From NCBI GenBank assembly GCA_964016885.1, contig OZ024741.1, positions 24,986,001-25,050,000 of the forward strand: a stretch of 64,000 bases of DNA, read 5' to 3'. This DNA comes from Eledone cirrhosa (Eukaryota). A model generated the notes under the pieces. That model was not told the origin of the DNA. It ran no database searches and worked only from the letters and a program-made list of their open reading frames with translations. Positions 52,401-64,000 of the stretch are shown here, piece after piece. The position numbers were made by a program, and so were the translations under genes. Each line of letters starts with the position of its first letter. The first letter of the stretch is position 1.

Positions 52401-55400
52401 GATAATGAAAGGGTTAAACAACATAGATAGTGTCTTTCATTAGAAATATGGTAATGAAAGGGTTAAATTACATAGGCAGTGTCTTCTATTAGAAATATCA
52501 TAATGAAAGGGTTAAACAACATAGACAGTGTCTTTTATTAGAAATATGGTAATGAAAGTGTTAAACAACATAGACAGTGTCTTTTATTAGAAATATGGTA
52601 ATGAAAGTGTTAAACAACATAGACAGTGTCTTTTATTAGAAATGTGGTAATGAAAGTGTTAAACAACATAGACAGTATCTTTTATTAGAAATGTGGTAAT
52701 GAAAGTGTTAAACAACATAGACAGTATCTTTTATTAGAAATGTGGTAATGAAAGGGATGAAAAACATAGACAGTGTCTTTTATTAGAAATATGGTAATGA
52801 AAGTGTTAAACAACATAGACAGTGTCTTTTATTAGAAATATGGTAATGAAAGGGTTAAACAACATAGATAGTGTCTTTCATTAGAAATATGGTAATGAAA
52901 GGGTTAAATTACATAGGCAGTGTCTTCTATTAGAAATATGATAATGAAAGGGTTAAACAACATAGACAGTGTCTTTTATTAGAAATATGGTAATGAAAGT
53001 GTTAAACAACATAGACAGTATCTTTTATTAGAAATGTGGTAATGAAAGGGTTAAACAACATAGACAGTGTCTTTTATTAGAAATGTGGTAATGAAAGGGT
53101 TAAACAACATAGACAGTGTCTTTTATTAGAAATATGGTAATGAAAGGGTTAAACAACATAGATAGTGTCTTTTATTAGAAATATGGTAATGAAAGGGTTA
53201 AACAACATAGACAGTGTCTTTTATTAGAAATATGGTAATGAAAGGGTTAAACAACATAGACAGTGTCTTTTATTAGAAATATGGTAATGAAAGGGTTAAA
53301 CAACATAGACAGTATCTTTTATTAGAAATATGGTAATGAAAGGGTTAAACAACATAGACAGTGTCTTTTATTAGAAATATGGTAATGAAAGGGTTAAACA
53401 ACATAGACAGTGTCTTTTATTAGAAATATGGTAATGCAAGAGTTAAACAACATAAACAGTGTCTTTTATTAGAAATATGGTAATGAAAGGGTTAAACAAC
53501 ATAGATAGTGTCTTTCATTAGAAATATGGTAATGAAAGGGTTAAATTACATAGGCAGTGTCTTCTATTAGAAATATGATAATGAAAGGGTTAAACAACAT
53601 AGACAGTGTCTTTTATTAGAAATATGGTAATGAAAGTGTTAAACAACATAGACAGTGTCTTTTATTAGAAATGTGGTAATGAAAGTGTTAAACAACATAG
53701 ACAGTATCTTTTATTAGAAATGTGGTAATGAAAGGGTTAAACAACATAGACAGTGTCTTTTATTAGAAATGTGGTAATGAAAGGGTTAAACAACATAGAC
53801 AGTGTCTTTTATTAGAAATATGGTAATGAAAGATTTAAACAACATAGACAGTGTGTTTTATTAGAAATATGGTAATGAAAGGGTAAAACAACATGGACAG
53901 TGTCTTTTATTAGAAATATGATAATGAAAGGGTTAAAAAACATAGACAGTGTCTTGTATTAGAAATATGGTAATGAAAGGGTTAAACAACATAGACAGTG
54001 TCTTTTATTAGAAATATGGTAATGAAAGGGTTAAACAACATAGACAGTGTCTTTTATTAGAAATATGGTAATGAAAGTGTTAAACAACATAGACAATGTC
54101 TTTTATTAGAAATATGGTAATGAAAGGGTTAAACAACATAGACAGTGTCTTTTATTAGAAATATGGTAATGAAAGGGTTAAACAACATAGACAGTGTCTT
54201 TTATTGGAAATATGATAATGAAAGGGTTAAACAACATAGACAGTGTCTTTTATTAGAAATATGGTAATGAAAGGGTTAAACAACATGGACAGTGTCTTTT
54301 ATTAGAAATATGGTAATGAAAGGGTTAAACAACATAGACAGTGTCTTTTATTAGAAATATGATAATGAAAGGGTTAAACAACACAGACAGTGTCTTTTAT
54401 TAGATATAGGGTAATGAAAGGGTTAAACAACATAGACAGTGTCTTTTTTTAGAAATATGGTAATGAAAGGATTAAACAACATAGACAGTGTCTTTTATTA
54501 GAAATATGGTAATGAAAGGGTTTAACAACATAAACAGTATCTTTTATTAGAAATGTGGTAATGAAAGGGTTAAACAACATAGACAGTGTCTTTTATTAGA
54601 AATATGATAATGAAACGGTTAAACAACATAGACAGTGTCTTTTATTATAAATATGGTAATGAAAGGGTTAAACAACATAGACAGTGTTTTTTATTAGAAA
54701 TATGGTAATGAAAGGTTTAAACAACATAGACAGTGTCTTTTATTAGAAATATGGTAATGAAAGCGTTAAACAACATAGACAGTGTCTTTTATTAGAAATA
54801 TGGTAATGAAAGGGTTACACAACATAGACAGTGTCTTTTATTAGAAATATGGTAATGAAAGGGTTAAACAACATAGACAGTGTCTTTTATTAGAAATATG
54901 GTAATGAAAGGGTTAAACAACATAGACAGTGTCTTTTATTAGAAATATGATAATGAAAGGGTTAAACAACATAGACAGTGTCTTTTATTAGAAATAGGGT
55001 AATGAAAGGGTTAAACAACATAGACAGTGTCTTTTATTAGAAATATGATAATGAAAGGGTTAAACAACATAGACAGTGTCTTTTATTAGAAATATGGTAA
55101 TGAAAGGGTTAAACAACATAGATAGTGTCTTTTATTAGAAATATGGTAATGAAAGGGTTAAACAACATAAACAGTGTCTTTTATTAGAAATATGGTAATG
55201 AAAGGGTTAAACAACATAGATAGTGTCTTTCATTAGAAATATGGTAATGAAAGGGTTAAATTACATAGGCAGTGTCTTCTATTAGAAATATGATAATGAA
55301 AGGGTTAAACAACATAGACAGTGTCTTTTATTAGAAATATGGTAATGAAAGTGTTAAACAACATAGACAGTGTCTTTTATTAGAAATGTGGTAATGAAAG

Positions 55401-58400
55401 TGTTAAACAACATAGACAGTATCTTTTATTAGAAATGTGGTAATGAAAGGGTTAAACAACATAGACAGTGTCTTTTATTAGAAATGTGGTAATGAAAGGG
55501 TTAAACAACATAGACAGTGTCTTTTATTAGAAATATGGTAATGAAAGATTTAAACAACATAGACAGTGTGTTTTATTAGAAATATGGTAATGAAAGGGTA
55601 AAACAACATGGACAGTGTCTTTTATTAGAAATATGATAATGAAAGGGTTAAAAAACATAGACAGTGTCTTGTATTAGAAATATGGTAATGAAAGGGTTAA
55701 ACAACATAGACAGTGTCTTTTATTAGAAATATGGTAATGAAAGGGTTAAACAACATAGACAGTGTCTTTTATTAGAAATATGGTAATGAAAGGGTTAAAC
55801 AACATAGACAATGTCTTTTATTAGAAATATGGTAATGAAAGGGTTAAACAACATAGACAGTGTCTTTTATTAGAAATATGGTAATGAAAGGGTTAAACAA
55901 CATAGACAGTGTCTTTTATTGGAAATATGATAATGAAAGGGTTAAACAACATAGAGAGTGTCTTTTATTAGAAATATGGTAATGAAAGGGTTAAACAACA
56001 TGGACAGTGTCTTTTATTAGAAATATGGTAATGAAAGGGTTAAACAACATAGACAGTGTCTTTTATTAGAAATATGATAATGAAAGGGTTAAACAACACA
56101 GACAGTGTCTTTTATTAGATATAGGGTAATGAAAGGGTTAAACAACATAGACAGTGTCTTTTTTTAGAAATATGGTAATGAAAGGATTAAACAACATAGA
56201 CAGTGTCTTTTATTAGAAATATGGTAATGAAAGGGTTTAACAACATAAACAGTATCTTTTATTAGAAATGTGGTAATGAAAGGGTTAAACAACATAGACA
56301 GTGTCTTTTATTAGAAATATGATAATGAAACGGTTAAACAACATAGACAGTGTCTTTTATTAGAAATATGGTAATGAAAGGGTTAAACAACATAGACAGT
56401 GTTTTTTATTAGAAATATGGTAATGAAAAGTTTAAACAACATAGACAGTGTCTTTTATTAGAAATATGGTAATGAAAGCGTTAAACAACATAGACAGTGT
56501 CTTTTATTAGAAATATGGTAATGAAAGGGTTAAACAACATAGACAGTGTCTTTTATTAGAAATATGATAATGCAAGAGTTAAACAACATAGACAGTGTCT
56601 TTTATTAGAAATATGGTAATGAAAGGGTTAAACAACATAGATAGTGTCTTTCATTAGAAATATGGTAATGAAAGGGTTAAATTACATAGGCAGTGTCTTC
56701 TATTAGAAATATCATAATGAAAGGGTTAAACAACATAGACAGTGTCTTTTATTAGAAATATGGTAATGAAAGGGTTAAACAACATAGACAGTGTCTTTTA
56801 TTAGAAATATGGTAATGAAAGGGTTAAACAACATAGACAGTGTCTTTTATTAGAAATATGGTAATGAAAGGGTTAAACAACATAGATAGTGTCTTTTATT
56901 AGAAATATGGTAATGAAAGGGTTAAACAACATAGACAGTGTCTTTTATTAGAAATATGGTAATGAAAGGGTTAAACAACATAGACAGTGTCTTTTATTAG
57001 AAATATGGTAATGAAAGGGTTAAACAACATAGACAGTATCTTTTATTAGAAATATGGTAATGAAAGGGTTAAACAACATAGACAGTGTCTTTTATTAGAA
57101 ATATGGTAATGAAAGGGTTAAACAACATAGACAGTGTCTTTTATTAGAAATATGGTAATGCAAGAGTTAAACAACATAGACAGTGTCTTTTATTAGAAAT
57201 ATGGTAATGAAAGGGTTAAACAACATAGATAGTGTCTTTCATTAGAAATATGGTAATGAAAGGGTTAAATTACATAGGCAGTGTCTTCTATTAGAAATAT
57301 GATAATGAAAGGGTTAAACAACATAGACAGTGTCTTTTATTAGAAATATGGTAATGAAAGTGTTAAACAACATAGACAGTGTCTTTTATTAGAAATATGG
57401 TAATGAAAGTGTTAAACAACATAGACAGTATCTTTTATTAGAAATGTGGTAATGAAAGGGTTAAACAACATAGACAGTGTCTTTTATTAGAAATGTGGTA
57501 ATGAAAGGGTTAAACAACATAGACAGTGTCTTTTATTAGAAATATGGTAATGAAAGGGTTAAACAACATAGACAGTGTCTTTTATTAGAAATATGGTAAT
57601 GAAAGGGTTAAACAACATAGATAGTGTCTTTTATTAGAAATATGGTAATGAAAGGGTTAAACAACATAGACAGTGTCTTTTATTAGAAATATGATAATGA
57701 AAGGGTTAAACAACATAGACAGTGTCTTTTATTAGAAATATGGTAATGAAAGTGTTAAACAACATAGACAGTGTCTTTTATTAGAAATATGGTAATGAAA
57801 GGGTTAACCAACATAGACAGTGTCTTCTATTAGAAATATGATAATGAAAGGGTTAAACAACATAGACAGTGTCTTTTATTAGAAATATGGCAATGCAAGG
57901 GTTAAACAACATAGACAGTGTGTTTTATTAGAAATATGACAATGAAAGGGTTAAATAACATAGACAGTGTCTTTTATTAGAAATATGGTAATGAAAGGGT
58001 TAAACGACATAGACAGTGTCTTTTATTAGAAATAGGGTAATGAAAGGGTTAAACAACATAGACAGTGTCTTTTATTAGAAATATGATAATGAAAGGGTTA
58101 AACAACATAGACAGTGTATTTTATTAGAAATATGATAATGAAAGGGTTAAACGAAATAGACAGTGTCGTTTATTAGAAATAGGGTAATGAAAGGGTTAAA
58201 CAACATAGACAGTGTCTTTTATTAGAAACATCATAATGAGAGGGTTAAACAACATAGACAGTGTCTTTTATTAGAAATATGATAATGAAAGGGTTAAACA
58301 ATATAGACAGTGTCTTTTATTAGAAATAGGGTAATGAAAGGGTTAAACAACATAGACAGTGTCTTTTATTAGAAATATGTTAATGAAAGGGTTTAACAAC

Positions 58401-61400
58401 ATAGACAGTGTCTTTTATTAGAAATATGATAATGAAAGGGTTAAACAACATAGATAGTGTCTTTCATTAGAAATATGGTAATGAAAGGATTAAACAACAT
58501 AGGCAATGTCTTCTATTAGAAATATGATAATGAAAGGGTTAAACAACATAGACAGTTTTGTTTATTAGAAATATGGTAATGAAAGGGTAAAACAACATAG
58601 ACAGTGTCTTTTATTAGAAATATGGTAATGAAAGTGTTAAACAACATAGACAGTGTCTTTTATTAGAAATGTGGGAATGAAAGTGTTAAACAAAATAGAC
58701 AGTGTCTTTTATTAGAAATGTGGTAATGAAAGGGTTAAACAACATAGACAGTCTCTTACATTAGAAATATGGTAATGAAAGGGTTAAACAACATAGACAG
58801 TGTCTTTTATTAGAAATATGGTAATGCAAGCGTTAAACAACATAGACAGTGTCTTCTATTAGAAATATGGTAATGAAAGGGTTAAACAACATAGACAGTG
58901 TCTTTTATTAGAAATATGGTAATGAAAGGGTTTAACAACATATACAGTATCTTTTATTAGAAATGTGGTAATGAAAGGGTTAAACAACATAGACAGTGTC
59001 TTTTATTAGAAATATGTTAATGAAAGGGTTAAACAACATAGACTGTGTCTCTTATTAGAAATATGATAATGAAAGGGTTAAACAACATAGATAGTGTCTT
59101 TCATTAGAAATATGGTAATGAAAGGGTTAAACAACATAGGCAATGTCTTCTATTAGAAATATGATAATGAAAGGGTTAAACAACATAGACAGTTTCGTTT
59201 ATTAGAAATATGGTAATGAAAGGGTTAAACAACATAGACAGTGTCTTTTATTAGAAATATGGTAATGAAAGGGTTAAACAACATAGACAGTGTCTTCTAT
59301 TAGAAATATGATAATGAAAGGGTTAAACAACATAGACAGTGTCTTTTATTAGAAATATGGTAATGAAAGTGTTAAACAACATAGACAGTGTCTTTTATTA
59401 GAAATATGGTAATGAAAGTGTTAAACAACATAGACAGTGTCTTTTATTAGAAATGTGGTAATGAAAGTGTTAAACAACATAGACAGTATCTTTTATTAGA
59501 AATGTGGTAATGAAAGGGTTAAACAACATAGACAGTGTCTTTTATTAGAAATGTGGTAATGAAAGGGTTAAACAACATAGACAGTGTCTTTTATTAGAAA
59601 TATGGTAATGAAAGGGTTAAACAACATAGACAGTGTCTTTTATTAGAAATATGGTAATGAAAGGGTTAAACAACATAGATAGTGTCTTTTATTAGAAATA
59701 TGGTAATGAAAGGGTTAAACAACATAGACAGTGTCTTTTATTAGAAATATGATAATGAAAGGGTTAAACAACATAGACAGTGTCTTTTATTAGAAATATG
59801 GTAATGAAAGTGTTAAACAACATAGACAGTGTCTTTTATTAGAAATATGGTAATGAAAGGGTTAACCAACATAGACAGTGTCATCTATTAGAAATATGAT
59901 AATGAAAGGGTTAAACAACATAGACAGTGTCTTTTATTAGAAATATGGCAATGCAAGGGTTAAACAACATAGACAGTGTGTTTTATTAGAAATATGACAA
60001 TGAAAGGGTTAAATAACATAGACAGTGTCTTTTATTAGAAATATGGTAATGAAAGGGTTAAACGACATAGACAGTGTCTTTTATTAGAAATAGGGTAATG
60101 AAAGGGTTAAACAACATAGACAGTGTCTTTTATTAGAAATATGATAATGAAAGGGTTAAACAACATAGACAGTGTATTTTATTAGAAATATGATAATGAA
60201 AGGGTTAAACGAAATAGACAGTGTCGTTTATTAGAAATAGGGTAATGAAAGGGTTAAACAACATAGACAGTGTCTTTTATTAGAAACATCATAATGAGAG
60301 GGTTAAACAACATAGACAGTGTCTTTTATTAGAAATATGATAATGAAAGGGTTAAACAATATAGACAGTGTCTTTTATTAGAAATAGGGTAATGAAAGGG
60401 TTAAACAACATAGACAGTGTCTTTTATTAGAAATATGTTAATGAAAGGGTTTAACAACATAGACAGTGTCTTTTATTAGAAATATGATAATGAAAGGGTT
60501 AAACAACATAGATAGTGTCTTTCATTAGAAATATGGTAATGAAAGGGTTAAACAACATAGGCAATGTCTTCTATTAGAAATATGATAATGAAAGGGTTAA
60601 ACAACATAGACAGTTTTGTTTATTAGAAATATGGTAATGAAAGGGTAAAACAACATAGACAGTGTCTTTTATTAGAAATATGGTAATGAAAGTGTTAAAC
60701 AACATAGACAGTGTCTTTTATTAGAAATGTGGGAATGAAAGTGTTAAACAACATAGACAGTATCTTTTATTAGAAATGTGGTAATGAAAGGGTTAAACAA
60801 CATAGACAGTGTCTTTTATTAGAAATGTGGTAATGAAAGGGTTAAACAACATAGACAGTGTCTTTTATTAGAAATATGGTAATGAAAGGGTTAAACAACA
60901 TAGACAGTGTCTTTTATTAGAAATATGGTAATGAAAGGGTTAAACAACATAGATAGTGTCTTTTATTAGAAATATGTTAATGAAAGGGTTAAACAACATA
61001 GACAGTGTCTTTTATTAGAAATATGATAATGAAAGGGTTAAACAACATAGACAGTGTCTTTTATTAGAAATATGGTAATGAAAGTGTTAAACAACATAGA
61101 CAGTGTCTTTTATTAGAAATATGGTAATGAAAGGGTTAACCAACATAGACAGTGTCTCTTATTAGAAATATGATAATGAAAGGGTTAAACAACATAGATA
61201 GTGTCTTTCATTAGAAATATGGTAATGAAAGGGTTAAACAACATAGGCAATGTCTTCTATTAGAAATATGATAATGAAAGGGTTAAACAACATAGACAGT
61301 TTCGTTTATTAGAAATATGGTAATGAAAGGGTTAAACAACATAGACAGTGTCTTTTATTAGAAATATGGTAATGAAAGGGTTAAACAACATAGACAGTGT

Positions 61401-64000
61401 CTTCTATTAGAAATATGATAATGAAAGGGTTAAACAACATAGACAGTGTCTTTTATTAGAAATATGGTAATGAAAGTGTTAAACAACATAGACAGTGTCT
61501 TTTATTAGAAATATGGTAATGAAAGTGTTAAACAACATAGACAGTGTCTTTTATTAGAAATGTGGTAATGAAAGTGTTAAACAACATAGACAGTATCTTT
61601 TATTAGAAATGTGGTAATGAAAGGGTTAAACAACATAGACAGTGTCTTTTATTAGAAATATGATAATGAAAGGGTTAAACAACATAGACAGTGTCTTTTA
61701 TTAGAAATATGGTAATGAAAGGGTTAAACAACATAGACAGTGTCTTTTATTAGAAATATGGTAATGAAAGGGTTAAACAACATAGATAGTGTCTTTTATT
61801 AGAAATATGGTAATGAAAGGGTTAAACAACATAGACAGTGTCTTTTATTAGAAATATGATAATGAAAGGGTTAAACAACATAGACAGTGTCTTTTATTAG
61901 AAATATGGTAATGAAAGTGTTAAACAACATAGACAGTGTCTTTTATTAGAAATATGGTAATGAAAGGGTTAACCAACATAGACAGTGTCTTCTATTAGAA
62001 ATATGATAATGAAAGGGTTAAACAACATAGACAGTGTCTTTTATTAGAAATATGGCAATGCAAGGGTTAAACAACATAGACAGTGTGTTTTATTAGAAAT
62101 ATGACAATGAAAGGGTTAAATAACATAGACAGTGTCTTTTATTAGAAATATGGTAATGAAAGGGTTAAACGACATAGACAGTGTCTTTTATTAGAAATAG
62201 GGTAATGAAAGGGTTAAACAACATAGACAGTGTCTTTTATTAGAAATATGATAATGAAAGGGTTAAACAACATAGACAGTGTCTTTTATTAGAAATATGA
62301 TAATGAAAGGGTTAAACAATATAGACAGTGTCTTTTATTAGAAATAGGGTAATGAAAGGGTTAAACAACATAGACAGTGTCTTTTATTAGAAATATGTTA
62401 ATGAAAGGGTTTAACAACATAGACAGTGTCTTTTATTAGAAATATGATAATGAAAGGGTTAAACAACATAGATAGTGTCTTTCATTAGAAATATGGTAAT
62501 GAAAGGATTAAACAAAATAGGCAATGTCTTCTATTAGAAATATGATAATGAAAGGGTTAAACAACATAGACAGTTTTGTTTATTAGAAATATGGTAATGA
62601 AAGGGTAAAACAACATAGACAGTGTCTTTTATTAGAAATATGGTAATGAAAGTGTTAAACAACATAGACAGTGTCTTTTATTAGAAATGTGGGAATGAAA
62701 GTGTTAAACAACATAGACAGTATCTTTTATTAGAAATGTGGTAATGAAAGGGTTAAACAACATAGACAGTGTCTTTTATTAGAAATGTGGTAATGAAAGG
62801 GTTAAACAACATAGACAGTGTCTTTTATTAGAAATATGGTAATGAAAGGGTTAAACAACATAGACAGTGTCTTTTATTAGAAATATGGTAATGAAAGGGT
62901 TAAACAACATAGATAGTGTCTTTTATTAGAAATATGGTAATGAAAGGGTTAAACAACATAGACAGTGTCTTTTATTAGAAATATGATAATGAAAGGGTTA
63001 AACAACATAGACAGTGTCTTTTATTAGAAATATGGTAATGAAAGTGTTAAACAACATAGACAGTGTCTTTTATTAGAAATATGGTAATGAAAGGGTTAAC
63101 CAACATAGACAGTGTCTCTTATTAGAAATATGATAATGAAAGGGTTAAACAACATAGATAGTGTCTTTCATTAGAAATATGGTAATGAAAGGGTTAAACA
63201 ACATAGGCAATGTCTTCTATTAGAAATATGATAATGAAAGGGTTAAATAACATAGACAGTTTCGTTTATTAGAAATATGGTAATGAAAGGGTTAAACAAC
63301 ATAGACAGTGTCTTTTATTAGAAATATGGTAATGAAAGGGTTAAACAACATAGACAGTGTCTTCTATTAGAAATATGATAATGAAAGGGTTAAACAACAT
63401 AGACAGTGTCTTTTATTAGAAATATGGTAATGAAAGTGTTAAACAACATAGACAGTGTCTTTTATTAGAAATATGGTAATGAAAGTGTTAAACAACATAG
63501 ACAGTGTCTTTTATTAGAAATGTGGTAATGAAAGTGTTAAACAACATAGACAGTATCTTTTATTAGAAATGTGGTAATGAAAGGGTTAAACAACATAGAC
63601 AGTGTCTTTTATTAGAAATATGATAATGAAAGGGTTAAACAACATAGACAGTGTCTTTTATTAGAAATATGGTAATGAAAGGGTTAAACAACATAGACAG
63701 TGTCTTTTATTAGAAATATGGTAATGAAAGGGTTAAACAACATAGATAGTGTCTTTTATTAGAAATATGGTAATGAAAGGGTTAAACAACATAGACAGTG
63801 TCTTTTATTAGAAATATGATAATGAAAGGGTTAAACAACATAGACAGTGTCTTTTATTAGAAATATGGTAATGAAAGTGTTAAACAACATAGACAGTGTC
63901 TTTTATTAGAAATATGGTAATGAAAGGGTTAACCAACATAGACAGTGTCTTCTATTAGAAATATGATAATGAAAGGGTTAAACAACATAGACAGTGTCTT
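46452..64000. repeat. 49-bp tandem satellite array, segment 3
   Basis: Same monomer and orientation. More diverged monomer variants occur at ~46450-49100 and ~57780-64000. Block repeats occur at offsets 4116 and ~1960-2107. Confidence 0.99.

Overview
Eukaryotic satellite DNA. About 88% of the window is a head-to-tail AT-rich 49-bp tandem repeat (consensus GAAATATGGTAATGAAAGGGTTAAACAACATAGACAGTGTCTTTTATTA) with nested block duplications of 11 to 91 monomers. The array is interrupted twice, in the same orientation and at the same base of the monomer, by an L1-clade Tx1-like non-LTR retrotransposon on the minus strand. One copy is 5'-truncated (~1.69 kb, 19855-21545) with a 15-16 bp target-site duplication. 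The other is apparently intact and full-length (~5.7 kb, 40715-46435), with a zinc-knuckle ORF1 and an APE endonuclease/RT/CCHC ORF2. Both copies sit in a minority monomer variant in which ATAGACAG reads ATAGATAG. The full-length copy carries (GATA)4 at its 5' end, and neither copy has a poly(A) tail. Together this suggests a sequence-specific retrotransposon targeting GATA/TATC-like sites that is colonising the satellite; this is an inference from only two copies. Flank comparison also suggests recombination between the two copies. No host genes, RNA genes or CRISPR arrays are supported.
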